In this document: positions 10,501 through 19,400 of the stretch, piece by piece
How the letters are laid out: each line of letters starts with the position of its first letter
Position numbering within the stretch: the stretch's first letter is position 1
Virus record (IMG/VR): IMGVR_UViG_3300025707_000004
Origin: a virus
Strand: one strand, 5' to 3'
Length of the DNA stretch: 64,000 nucleotides
Translations under genes and position numbers: made by a program
The notes under the pieces: generated by a model
Seen by the model: the letters and a program-made list of their open reading frames with translations, nothing else
Told to the model about the DNA's origin: nothing
Database searches by the model: none

Positions 10501-11954
10501 GGGCGGGCGGCACACGGAAAGAGCAGGACGGCAAGGTTGTCGCGCTGTACCAAAAGGCGACGGCTGACATCAAAAACGACGCGGAGAAGTACCTGCAGGC
10601 TACTGGGAACCGGCTGTACACCATGTACAAGGCGGGCGTGAAGCCGGGCTGGTCCCAGCTCCAGCAGCTCATCATCGCGCCCCTCCTGATGGAGAACGCG
10701 GACGGACGTATCATCCCTGTTCCTGTGACTAAGTCCTACGCAGAAGGGCTCTCCACCGCGGGCTACTGGACGGCGTCGTCCGGTGCGCGGAAGGGGCTTA
10801 TCGAGAAGGTGCAGTCCGTGAGTGAGCCGGGAGCGCTCTCCAAGCAGATTGTGAACACGGCCATCCCACAGGTCATCACCGTCGAGGACTGCGGAACGAC
10901 CACGGGCATCCACATGAAGATTGGGGACAGCGACCTTGTAGACCGCGTTCTCGTCAAGGGAGTCAAGGCGAAGGGGCAGTCGTTCCGGGCAGGAAGTCTC
11001 ATCACGCCGCAGATGGTTACAAGTCTCAAGGCCGCGCGTGTGGACGGTCTGGTTGTCCGGTCGCCGACGAAGTGTGAGTCCCACCAGGGGATGTGCGCGA
11101 AGTGCTACGGCGCTATGGACGGGGGTGGCCCCGTTGCGCTCGGGACAAACATCGGGGTCATCGCTGGTCAGGCTATCGGTGAGGTCGGTACGCAGCTGAG
11201 TATGCGGGTGTTCCACACAGGCGGCGCTTCCGGTGCGGGCGGTAGCTCTGTGGTGGGTGGCATCGAACGCGTGAAGCAGCTCTTGAAGATTCCTCAGACC
11301 CTGCCGGGGAAGGCCACGTTGGCTCAGGTCCCCGGGCGCGTGGGCAAGATAGCGAAGAGCGCGGTGGGCGGTTACGACATCACTGTCGGCGGCGAGGAGC
11401 ACTACATACCGCACGGTCGGACACTCCAGTTCAAGGTGGGCGCTACGGTCAAGAAGGGTGATGCCCTCAGCTCGGGGCCGGTTGACCCCCGAGAGCTATT
11501 GACGCTGACCAACCTGGACCGGGTGCAGCGTTACCTGACCGACGAGGTCCACGGGGTGTATGCGGAGGCGGGGGTCAAGAAGCGAAACGTCGAGGTCGTC
11601 GTCCGCGCGCTTACGAACTTGGGTGTTGTAGAAGACCCCGGTGAAGTGGGCGACGAGGAGGGCATCATCCGTAATGACTACGTGAGTTTGACGAAGGTGA
11701 ACGCCCTCAACCGAGCCAACAAGGGGAAGGAGACCGTCAAGGTCGTCCCCGTTCTCCGCGGCGTCGAGACCCTGGCCCTGGACCAGACCACGGACTGGAT
11801 TGCTCGACTGCAGTACCGGAAGCTCAAGGAGACCTTCACCCGCGCGGCGAACGAGGGTTGGAAGTCGGACATCCATGGGGTCCACCCGGCTCCCGGCATT
11901 GCGTACACAGCTGAGTTCGGTAAGCCCGACTCAGGCTCCAAGAGCCCGTACTAA
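4518..11954 (+). CDS. rpoBC: DNA-directed RNA polymerase, fused beta-beta' single polypeptide, with intein
   Basis: Beta motifs GDKLTSRHGNKGVV, NPSGVPGRINPGQVLE and GAQRYGELG. Beta' motifs PEKGGLFDE, VLFKRDPVLHK, the catalytic NADFDGD (9927-9947), GARKGL, DCG...CESHQGMCAKCYG and GQAIGEVGTQLSMRVFHTGG, all in one ORF. Likely start is ATG 4518 (track start 4479). Confidence 0.95.
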   Translation: MADIHTLDPERAMQALKDGTIQVLKDTLPIEGRTRILRATNVYAGPNVHIDDIHAQKRARVRNRTWAVPILADMELVDKASGKVVSKTKGVRLLNLPHYTRRYSFIVDGTEYQADNQWRLKAGAYTRMKANGGLETQFNLSKGRGFRVSFDPKKRQFLATHGTTNTPLVPLLQTLGISAEEMETAWGPEVYQTAARLQRKGQMAKLAKTLNPRSEATTPEEVEDVVRESFAATELRPDTTSVTLGKGFTTVTGEALLLAANKLLGVSRGTAEVDNRDSLRFKELWTVADHLPERIKNSRRRVERKIRNNLDRRDDIRKIVTPDVFNVPVKSFFTSTSLSQRPSQLNPVDMIGGHLKATLMGTGGISTENAVSHSAKMLDSSQMGFTDPFHSPEGTRSGITTHLTLGVSKRGNEPVIKVWDVKNSKWADVSPTELHGKTLAFPDQYDTGDGKTFKPRKDLITVIRGGEGDPTNVKANEVDYVLRSPKAMFSFTANLIPFLPSDQANRAGMAARHMEQTVPLKNPEEPLLQVASGSDQPAWDTWEKILGQMQSHASPVSGTVKSVEAERIVVAGDDGKKHVVQLYDNYPLNDSKAFVTSKPLVQKGDEVKKDDVIADTSFTKGGVLSMGTNLRVGYLAYKGLNYEDGITISETAAKKLTSEHLHKPRVYLDTGMMMGLKKFRANFPGVVSDANAAKLDEDGVIKRGEIVRPGDVIATVLKEADPSAEQIMLKGIHKSLAKPYRDRSLTWNKPYTGVVTEVVRNGKEVVAYVKTAEEADIGDKLTSRHGNKGVVVAILPDEEMPRDGDGAPLEIVLNPSGVPGRINPGQVLENAITLAAVEDGKPYAVSNFDGDEGHRISVGDVSTKIVQVKGHYRTIKSGKGSKRIWIEPYEYETGYKGLIDQILEKKGLSETTELFDPETGKSLGPVMTGHQYILKQEHQVDKKLSARAHGYGHAYNANMVPRGTYGGNDGAQRYGELGLYAMIAHGAVNNIRDALSWKCFPYHEKVLTDQGEIEIGKIVTNRLPVKVLTWSDEEGLCYRPIKNYWRRNGEQDRLVRVTAHRRRSGEFAFVKGTVLCTEEHQFYVRREGQLEKVWAKDLRPGVDAILTWGNELSEGQHDLLLGSLLGDGYMAQKETSRFPYFQERHSVKQREYLQFKADALSSFTHRELREYTAGYQGFSCGQQMVEWSSFATPEFLKLHRQFYASGERRFPQEVWDLLTLRSLAIWFQDDGCGYRSLSNGGGVQAGLAVYSMNSDERKSAIAAIERLTEVHFNDNVDHLKKHGVAAEHFLSKLGPYLHPSLSYKTCDVVAPIGQKLVEFSAPGAPGLVETPVDAVEPAGCLGDLPEWRGKYLFNLEVEDTHRYFVRGFLVGNSDRSQDEIWTAIQTGQMLPAPRPSFAYEKFLGYLNGLGVNVEKHGNELVVLPMTDKQITEMSSGALEDGGKVVRGKDLRPEKGGLFDEEITGGVGGKNWSHLVLAESMPNPLFEKGIRSLLGLTGKQYDGILAGKVSLDKDGKVTEEGGATGPAALAAALSGIEVDKELTAAKEEIKTARRSSLDKVNKRIKYLLMLNKTGLSAREAYVLENLPVVPPQFRPISVMEAGDLNVDGLNLLYRDVSLLSDQLKAAKGVLPDAELFKLRTELYSAVEALMGTATASDQGLTTDGQPRPPGILNILSGRTSPKESYFHKAILDRKQDLTMRSVIVPDMSLHLDEMGLPKKGAMKIFRPFVVKEMVAMGYTPLQAREEIEKDTSLANKALAVVASKRPVLFKRDPVLHKFGIMAFKARIIDDEKAIHIHPLVVGGFNADFDGDAMGVFVPISQGAVDEAYKMMPSKNLFNPSTGKVMYQPSLEGQLGLFMLTQFGKRSREKFASNKDAIDAANKGDIAMTDVVTVDGKKTTAGRLKIAGALPASLRTAELLEDADFTLNNKSLQGVLRDLATDHPAQFANSVDKLKDLGFGFAYSSGFSFDSDDFNTLSTIRDKHLKVAQAREKVVRGAGGTRKEQDGKVVALYQKATADIKNDAEKYLQATGNRLYTMYKAGVKPGWSQLQQLIIAPLLMENADGRIIPVPVTKSYAEGLSTAGYWTASSGARKGLIEKVQSVSEPGALSKQIVNTAIPQVITVEDCGTTTGIHMKIGDSDLVDRVLVKGVKAKGQSFRAGSLITPQMVTSLKAARVDGLVVRSPTKCESHQGMCAKCYGAMDGGGPVALGTNIGVIAGQAIGEVGTQLSMRVFHTGGASGAGGSSVVGGIERVKQLLKIPQTLPGKATLAQVPGRVGKIAKSAVGGYDITVGGEEHYIPHGRTLQFKVGATVKKGDALSSGPVDPRELLTLTNLDRVQRYLTDEVHGVYAEAGVKKRNVEVVVRALTNLGVVEDPGEVGDEEGIIRNDYVSLTKVNALNRANKGKETVKVVPVLRGVETLALDQTTDWIARLQYRKLKETFTRAANEGWKSDIHGVHPAPGIAYTAEFGKPDSGSKSPY
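5287..5301. repeat. TATTAG-CGG-CTAATA palindrome
   Basis: Read directly. Inside the RNAP CDS, using CTA TTA codons that are rare in this GC3-rich gene. Confidence 0.9.
7512..8633 (+). mobile_element. intein with LAGLIDADG homing endonuclease in the RNAP beta portion (374 aa)
   Basis: N-terminus CFPYHEKVLT. LAGLIDADG-like LLGSLLGDG and LAIWFQDDG. C-terminus LFNLEVEDTHRYFVRGFLVGN followed by Ser. Removal restores LSWK|SD, equivalent to RpoB LTVKSDD. Confidence 0.9.
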
Positions 11955-13252
11955 TGAGTGGGCTCTCTAAATCCCCTGAGCAGGCGTCGCGCCCAGGGCG
12001 GCTGGAGCTGTGCGAAGTTACCGATGTGAACACCACCGAGTTCACGGTGAGCCTCATGGGGGTGTTCACGCACAAGCCTCATGCGGAGATGCCCTTTGCC
12101 TCGCTGTACTGCCACCCCGACCACGGCGGTGGTGTGTACGTGATGCCCGAGGTGGGTGCCTACGCCTACGTGTTCACGTCAGCAGACGGCACGTCCATGC
12201 TGATGGGGTTCGTTACCAACCCACAGTCCGTCGAGGGGGAGGTCTTCGATAAGAACGGCACCCCTACGCTCATCGAGTCCTCGAAGGGGCCGGACTTCTC
12301 GGGCTTCCGCTTGGACATGGAGCCCGGCGACATCGCGATGGCGACCAAGGATGGCAACCGTGTTGTCCTTCGTCGCGGGGGCATCGTCCAGATTGCGGCA
12401 ACGGGTATCGCCCAGCGGCTGTACATCCCCGTTGGCAATGTCATCCGGGACTACTTCGAGCGCTATCAGGCCCGGTCGCCGCAGGGGCGCATCGAGTGGG
12501 GGCACGCGACTATCCTGGAGGAAGACGACGACACCGTTGCTGTGCTGATTGAGTACGACTTCAAAGAGTCCATCGAGGACACCGCAGCGGCGGTGGAGGT
12601 TCGTTTCGGGCAGCTGACGTTCGATGTGCTGGACCCGGAGAAGGCTGGCAAGCACCACACATTTGCCAGGAACAAGCAGGACGACTACGAACTATTAGCG
12701 ACTAATATTGGGGTGCTCAGCTGCACCGTGATGTCGCGCGACGAGGTGCCCGCGGTTACGTACGCCGTACAGGTCTCCCGAGAGGGTGACTGCTTCATGA
12801 TGTCGAAGGGCCATATCCAGGTAGAAACCGAGTCGCTGTACCTCAAGCTAGGGCAAAAGGGTAAAGTTGTCTTCGGAGCTAGCTTCATCGAGGCTATAGC
12901 GGAGTCCAACAGGCTGAAGGCGGTGGTCAGGGAACTGCTCTTGGAAAGCACCGAACTGATACACATGAGGGCAGCTGAAGCCACAATGAATCTAGGGGCT
13001 GTACGAATGCAGTTCGAGGGCGGAGCCCTGACCATTACCCCGCCGGGGGGTGGTCGTGTGGATTTCGGTGGCCCTGGCGGACACGACGTCGTGATTAACA
13101 GCCACGACCTGCTTCGTGCGATTCGTGACCACGAGCACTACATTGAGGGGGCGGTCCCCTCAACGAACGCCGGAATCGTGAGGGCTAAGAAGTCCCCTAC
13201 GCTCGGCGGGATTACCAGAGCAACCTCGACACTTCTAAAGACGACTAGGTAG
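11954..13252 (+). CDS. baseplate central spike / gpV-Gp5-like protein
   Basis: N-terminal OB-fold-type GGVYVMPEVGAYAYV motif, beta-rich C-terminus, and an H-x-H (DHEH) near the end as in spike tips. Confidence 0.55.
   Translation: MSGLSKSPEQASRPGRLELCEVTDVNTTEFTVSLMGVFTHKPHAEMPFASLYCHPDHGGGVYVMPEVGAYAYVFTSADGTSMLMGFVTNPQSVEGEVFDKNGTPTLIESSKGPDFSGFRLDMEPGDIAMATKDGNRVVLRRGGIVQIAATGIAQRLYIPVGNVIRDYFERYQARSPQGRIEWGHATILEEDDDTVAVLIEYDFKESIEDTAAAVEVRFGQLTFDVLDPEKAGKHHTFARNKQDDYELLATNIGVLSCTVMSRDEVPAVTYAVQVSREGDCFMMSKGHIQVETESLYLKLGQKGKVVFGASFIEAIAESNRLKAVVRELLLESTELIHMRAAEATMNLGAVRMQFEGGALTITPPGGGRVDFGGPGGHDVVINSHDLLRAIRDHEHYIEGAVPSTNAGIVRAKKSPTLGGITRATSTLLKTTR
12693..12707. repeat. TATTAG-CGA-CTAATA palindrome
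   Basis: Read directly. Inside a CDS. Confidence 0.9.
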
Positions 13253-13256
13253 CCGG

Positions 13257-15203
13257 ATGGAACTCTTTCAGATTGAGCGTGACACCAGGGTTGTTTTCGA
13301 GAAGGTCGCTGCTCAGTTCAAGCTGAGCGACAACCCGGCTACCCTCGAATCCGAGTTGCAAGCGCAGCTCTACAAGCAGCACCCGTACCTGGGGACCTAC
13401 AGCATCCAGCTGCAGATTGAGAACCAGGAGCAAAACCTGGGCTATCTGTACGGCATGTTCATGGTCAAGGCGGCAACGGACATCCCCGCCCCGAATACCG
13501 CGGCACAGGCGTCGTCCATCCACCCACAGTCGGAGCAGCCTGAGCCCGAGGACCCCTCGAAGGCGGTGCGGATTCCGGTCATCGTCCAAGAGAACAAGGC
13601 TCACGGGTTCGATGTGTTCATCGACCCCAACGGGCAGTTCTGGCCCTTGTCGGAGCAGCGGCTGGCTGCGCAGATGTTCGACGCCTCTCCGTTCGCGGTT
13701 GCCCCAGCGTCTGCGCTGAAGACCAACCAGATGCAGACAACTCAGGGCTTCACGGGCGGCAAGCCCGAGGGGGCCATGGGTGGCGGGTCGCGACTGGGGC
13801 AGGTCAAGCAGTCCAGCCCGAGCAGCCTGCTGGACCGGGTGACCATCAGCTCGGCGGCGGGCACGGACGTGCTCCTCAAGATGGCAGGGACCGAGGGGTT
13901 CCGGTCGGAGCTGACGCGGTCCCCCGCGCTGTCGCTGGCGGTTGGTCGCATCATCGAGAACATGCAGCCCGCCGAGATGGCCATGGAAGTGGCTCTCGAC
14001 GACGGTCCTGTCCTGCTGGAGAAGACCGATGGCGGTTACCGCGCTAAGACCGCCTCGGTCTCGCGCGATTTGACCAACGCTGAGGGTTCGCGGCTCTCGC
14101 CTGCCCTGCGCCAGCAGGTGATGTCTCAGGGGTTCACGGTTGTCGGCGGAGCCTCGGAGCCCCTCCCGGTTGTGGGGCATGTGGGCAAGACCAAGCTCGC
14201 CTTCGTCAATGGGACGTACAGCGCGATGCGTGAGGGCATCCCGGAGCTGGAGACCGTGCAGGTCTTCCGCAACGTGTTGCGCCTGGACGGCAACCCGTCC
14301 AGCAACGTCCTCGTCGTGGGTGGTGACACGGCCTCGATGCAGGAGAAGGTCGCGGGTGTCCTAGAGGGCCCGGTTACGCTGGAGGACATGAACTTCATCC
14401 CCGCCCAAGAAGCCAAGGGCGCGGGCGTGTTCTTCTTCCAGAAGCTGGCGGCCATCAGTGAGCCGGTCTCGGTCAGCTCCTACACGGTCGAAGGTCGTCC
14501 GCGGTACACGGTGGAGCACCCGTTCCACGGTGCGGTCGAGGCGGTGTTCACCAAGGTGGCCTCGCCTATCCTGCGTGATGGCGCCCTGTTCCTTCCCGAG
14601 GACACGTACTTCTGCAACAAGCGGCCCGCGCACGACGCCTTCGTAAGCGACGAGCGGGTGACCGACGCACACCAGAGTGCCGGTCGGATGGACAAACTGG
14701 CTTCAATCGAGGTCGACGGCTCGGATTACATCCTTCGTGGTGCTGTCGAGGGCCGGTCCAACCTCCAGGGTACGGTCTGGGCACTTGTGCGGGAGGGCGA
14801 CTCTCTCGCAGGAGCGTTGGAGAAGTGTGCTGCGAGCCACGCCGACCCCGTGCAGTTCTACCTGCCTACCCAGCTCACGGGCGCGGAGACAGCTCAGCCC
14901 GAGGCACTTGAGCACCGAGGCGTGTACCTCCTGAAGGAGGCCGCGGCGCTGGCGCAGGAGGCGGACCAGGACACCGTAGACTCTGTCTTGTCGCTCAGTT
15001 TCTTGACTCCGGAGAACACGCAGAGTTTTCTCGAAGCTCTCCCGGACCTTGAAACTTGTGTGACAAAGCTGGCAGAGTTGCTTATTGCGGTCAGGCTGGG
15101 ACTCAAGGACGTTCCTGAAGCGGCAGTCAGTTCTGCCCTTCGCGGCCTCGACCGGACGATTGACGGGCTGAAAGCGATGCAGTCCAGGTCGACGATGCGG
15201 TGA
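13257..15203 (+). CDS. putative internal head protein with K-x-A motifs
   Basis: 648 aa. Contains EKVAA, AKTAS, EKVAG, TKVAS, DKLAS and LKEAA motifs. Confidence 0.6.
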   Translation: MELFQIERDTRVVFEKVAAQFKLSDNPATLESELQAQLYKQHPYLGTYSIQLQIENQEQNLGYLYGMFMVKAATDIPAPNTAAQASSIHPQSEQPEPEDPSKAVRIPVIVQENKAHGFDVFIDPNGQFWPLSEQRLAAQMFDASPFAVAPASALKTNQMQTTQGFTGGKPEGAMGGGSRLGQVKQSSPSSLLDRVTISSAAGTDVLLKMAGTEGFRSELTRSPALSLAVGRIIENMQPAEMAMEVALDDGPVLLEKTDGGYRAKTASVSRDLTNAEGSRLSPALRQQVMSQGFTVVGGASEPLPVVGHVGKTKLAFVNGTYSAMREGIPELETVQVFRNVLRLDGNPSSNVLVVGGDTASMQEKVAGVLEGPVTLEDMNFIPAQEAKGAGVFFFQKLAAISEPVSVSSYTVEGRPRYTVEHPFHGAVEAVFTKVASPILRDGALFLPEDTYFCNKRPAHDAFVSDERVTDAHQSAGRMDKLASIEVDGSDYILRGAVEGRSNLQGTVWALVREGDSLAGALEKCAASHADPVQFYLPTQLTGAETAQPEALEHRGVYLLKEAAALAQEADQDTVDSVLSLSFLTPENTQSFLEALPDLETCVTKLAELLIAVRLGLKDVPEAAVSSALRGLDRTIDGLKAMQSRSTMR

Positions 15204-15209
15204 GTCTGA

Positions 15210-16073
15210 ATGCGGGTTCCATACGAGCGGTGGCTGAAATGCCTTGTACAGTTCCAGGGCATGACCATTCAGGAAGCGATTCTCGTCGCTGACTCGTACG
15301 GTTTCATTCCACCGACCAACGAGACCCTCACCTTCGTCCGCTTGGAGCTTGCTCGCGGACGCCCAAAGCCCTTCAAGCCCGAGTCGACTGAGGCCATCCG
15401 CTGGATTCGCGATGCGGGCTTGTGGTCGATGCACGTCGAGACGGAGCACGTCACCGCAGCGCGCGGCATTCTGAGCCAGCTTCAGCTGCGCCGTGTCGTG
15501 GAGTTTCTATTAGTCGCTAATACTCCGCACAACGTGGTGTCGGAATATGCCCGTGACGTGTTGGGTGTCGCCATCGACGCTGCGGCCATCGCGGCTTACG
15601 AGCACTACTTCTGGGACGCCAACTCTCTGACCCAGCGGCAGTGGGTGGCGTACTTCAAGGGGGAGTTCCACCAGGAGCGTAAGGATCAGGCCGCCAACGG
15701 TGTCCGGGCGAAGGACATGACCGTCCCCATCATGTCGCTGCAGTCGAAGAAGCTGCTCGACACGATGCGTATGCGGAGCCCCGAGTACGCACTCTGGCAG
15801 CTGGGCCACCGCGTTGAGCTGGGACGGGACCAAGTCCTTGGCTCGATGTTCCATGAGGCAGCCATGAGGTTCACCGAGACCAGCTTGATGAGCAACTGCC
15901 TGCACACCGCGCAGACGGCCAAGCTCTGGACGGAAATCCTGATGAGTTCAGACGACCGTCTGGCGGGCACGGGGAACCAGACTCAGCAGCTACTGGAGGA
16001 GCTGCGAAGTATCCGTATTCGGACGCAGGAAGTTAAGGTATCTTCCATCGAAGAGTTGCGAGGAGACACCTGA
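15210..16073 (+). CDS. hypothetical phage protein
   Basis: 287 aa helical protein, tightly coupled to neighbours. Confidence 0.7.
   Translation: MRVPYERWLKCLVQFQGMTIQEAILVADSYGFIPPTNETLTFVRLELARGRPKPFKPESTEAIRWIRDAGLWSMHVETEHVTAARGILSQLQLRRVVEFLLVANTPHNVVSEYARDVLGVAIDAAAIAAYEHYFWDANSLTQRQWVAYFKGEFHQERKDQAANGVRAKDMTVPIMSLQSKKLLDTMRMRSPEYALWQLGHRVELGRDQVLGSMFHEAAMRFTETSLMSNCLHTAQTAKLWTEILMSSDDRLAGTGNQTQQLLEELRSIRIRTQEVKVSSIEELRGDT
15508..15522. repeat. TATTAG-TCG-CTAATA palindrome
   Basis: Read directly. Inside a CDS. Confidence 0.9.
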
Positions 16074-16462
16074 TGAGCGAAGAGCATAAAGAGATGGCAG
16101 AGGCGTTCGTGCAGGGCGTCGCAGTGTTCCAGCAGGCCACGTTCGAGGCTGTGCCGCAGTTCGTGCAGGCTGAGACCAAGCTCAACGGCCTGGACGCCGA
16201 GTACTGTGTCGGCAAGACGCGCCTGGAGTTTCACTTCTGGCCTACCGACGACGGAGTCAATCTCCCCGTTGGCGCCGCCGCTGTTGTCGCTGAGTTCGCC
16301 AGGAACCTGCCCCGCCCGGTGGTCGACCTCGCCAGTGGGGTGTGCAAGTCCCCGACCGACACGCTCGCCCGTGAGAGTATCTACATGGCGTTCGAGCCTG
16401 CACTCCCTCCCACTCCCCCCGCCGTAGAGCGTATCCTGAGCAAGCTAGCCGCTAAGCTCTAG
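16073..16462 (+). CDS. hypothetical protein
   Basis: TGATG coupling to the upstream gene. 129 aa. Confidence 0.65.
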   Translation: MSEEHKEMAEAFVQGVAVFQQATFEAVPQFVQAETKLNGLDAEYCVGKTRLEFHFWPTDDGVNLPVGAAAVVAEFARNLPRPVVDLASGVCKSPTDTLARESIYMAFEPALPPTPPAVERILSKLAAKL

Positions 16463-16475
16463 GAGCCCCCGCTCG

Positions 16476-19400
16476 ATGCCCACCAGCAACGACAGCTACA
16501 GCAAGCAGTTGCTGGCGGTGGCCCCCATGTTCGCGGTCAAGACGCTGGCGGACATCCCCAAGGCCGCAGTTGAGTCTGCAGTCGAGGGCAAGCTCAGAGA
16601 CCGCTCGAAGAAGTTCAGCAAGCTACTCACGCACGGCTTCAAGGGCCGCGGCATAGGCCGGGCTCTTGGTGGGACGGCGGCCATTGCGTCCGCCCCGCTC
16701 TTCGTACGGGGGGTGCACCGGGCGTCGTCGAAGGAGAAGCATCGGAGGAACAAGGGGCTCCGAGACATTCTGGCGGCGAGCACGTTCACCGGAATCGCGA
16801 CAGGGGGTGTGGAAGGTTTTCGAGAGGCAAGACTGCACGGCCTTTCTCGTAAGGCTGCGGCGAAGGAGGGGCTAGGCTTCGGTGCGTCGAGGGCACTGGT
16901 CAAGTCTCCGAAAGCAATAGCCCTTGCCCTGGGCGTCGCCGCTGGAAGAAAGAAGAAGCGGAGCAGGGACAAGTACCTCGTGCCCGCCACAGTTGGTGCC
17001 GCCCTCGGTGGGGCATCTCGCTACGCGGAGCAAGTGCTACGGCACGCCCCCAAGGGGGTCAACCGGAAGCTGTTCAAGGCAGCGCTGCCCCGTGGCGCGG
17101 GCGGCGTTGTCGGAGGGGCCTTGGGCGGCCTGGGCTTGGCTGCTGTGACTGACCGCGCGCTCAAGGCGCTCGATAAGGGCAAGCAGAAGCGCGCCGCGGC
17201 TGGCGTCCTCAGCAAAGTCGCCTCCGCTGCGGCCGAAAAGCTTGGCCCAAAGCGTACCGCGGTGTTTATCCAGGGGAACCCTCGCTGGCGCACTGGGCAT
17301 GAGGCGCGCACGGCGACGTTCTACAAGAAGGTCGTCGGGCTGTTGGAGGGGGAAGGCTTCGAGGTGACAACGGACCCGGGGCTACCGTACACCTCCCCCA
17401 AAAAGGCCGACGTGTGGGTGGGGTACAGCCGGGGGGTTGACCGGCTTCGGTTCGCGCCGAAGGGCACTACGACCATTGCCTTGGGCAGCAATGTTGCAGG
17501 CGCTGTACGGCACCCCAAGGACAACACAGCCAACATGGTGGGCACTGCGAAGGGCGTGGCGCCCAACAAGTACCACTACGTGCTGACCCCTAGGATGGTG
17601 GGGCAGCTCAAGCGAAAGCTGACAGGGGTTGCAGGCCGGTCCGGTGGATGGGTTCAGGGGTACCGCAGAAAAGACGGCACTCGTGTGAAGGCACATCGAC
17701 GAAGGGTGGCCGTAAAGGGTATGGCGAAGGTAGCCGCGGCTGCGGCCGAGAACCTGGGCACACAGCACGGCACCGGCATCCCTGCGATGAAGTCGTGGTT
17801 CAAGCCGTACCCCCATCAAGCCTCGGCCGTACGGAAGATGTACGACAACCACGGCAAGATGATTTTGGCGCATGGGACCGGGACAGGAAAAACTGCCAGT
17901 GCCATCTACGGGTTCGAGAAGCTCCGCCACGACAAGAAGGCAAAGAAGGCCCTGGTCGTCGTTCCTTCGGGTCTTCGCATGAACTTCGCCGAGAACGGCA
18001 TCCAGAACTTCACGACGTCGTCCGTGCAGATTGTTGGCTCTGCGTCGGAGAAGAAGTACAGCTCGCTCGTCGTCCGTCCGAACGAGGTGGACGCCACCAA
18101 GGACTACACCATAGTCAGTTACGCGACCTTCCGCCGGGACCCTGAGAGGTACATGCAGGCGACGGGGTCGGACACACTCATCCTGGATGAGTTCCACAAG
18201 GCGCGGAATGAGAAGGCACTGACCTTCCAGGCGCTCATGAAGGCTCGGGCGTTCGCGGTCAACGTGATGGGGCTGACTGCGTCGCCCATCAACAACAACC
18301 CGCAAGAGCTGGCGACCCTGCTGACTATCACGGAGGGGAAGCGCCTCGTCAGCCCTGCCCAGTTCAAGGCGGCCTTCACGAAGACCATCGGCCACTCGAA
18401 GGGTTTCCAGGGCGGCACGAAGAAAGTCACCGACCTCGACAACATCCCGGAGATGCTGCGGCTCACCTATCCGCGGATGGACCTGATTACGTCGGAAGAC
18501 CTGAAGGGCAAGACCATGCCCAGGCAGGAACTCCAGACGGTCCAGGTACCCATGAGTGAGGACCAGTATGATCTGTACGAGCTGGCGCTCGACAAGCTCG
18601 GCCCGCTCAAGAAGTACCTGATGACGCGGGACAAGGAGGTCACCGTCCGCGAGGCGCAGCAGCTCTTCGGCAAGCTCATCCAGGCGCGGCAGATTGCCAA
18701 CTCGGTTCACACGGCTAAGTCCAACGTCAGCCCCAAGAAGTCGGCGGAGATTACGCCGAAGGTCAAGAAGCTCATCGAGGATGCGGAGAGCCACCTCCAG
18801 GCGGACTCCACGCACAAGGTTGTTCTGTACTCGAACTTGGTAAAGGGCGGAGTAGACGTGATGTCGGCTGGGCTAAAGGCCCGGGGCATCGACCACGCTC
18901 TGTTCGTTGGCAAGGGCCGGGACGTCGGCAACGTGAAGGTCACGGGTCCTGTGCGGCAACAGGGGGTCAAGGACTACAAGGCGGGGAAGAAGCGGGTCAT
19001 CATTCTGAGTGGTGCTGGTGCCGAGGGCCTCGACCTCAAGAACAGCACGGCGTTCTACTCGCTCGACGCTCACTTCAACCCGGAGGTTACTGCGCAGGCG
19101 GAGGCCCGTGCTCGCCGTCTCGGTGGGCAGGACTTCCGTAAGCCCGAGAACCGGGTAGTGGACGTGCGGCGTTACCAGTCGGTCGTGCCGGACAACAAGA
19201 AGCCTGGGTTCTTCGGCAAGCTGATTGGGCGTCAGGCCCCGCAGACCACTGACGAGTGGGTCAGCAGCGTGGCGGACAACAAGCTGCGGAAGACCAAGAC
19301 GTTCAAGAGGGTCATGCGTGAGCCGCACAAGTACATCAAGAAGTACCGTGCCGCGAACGGCAAGATGCGCTACGTCTACCCGAAGGGGGGCAAGGCCGCC

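Noticed and set aside
4518-11954. Bacterial chromosomal rpoBC locus
   Set aside because: No ribosomal protein genes flank it. It is highly divergent and compact, and lies between the portal and baseplate genes.
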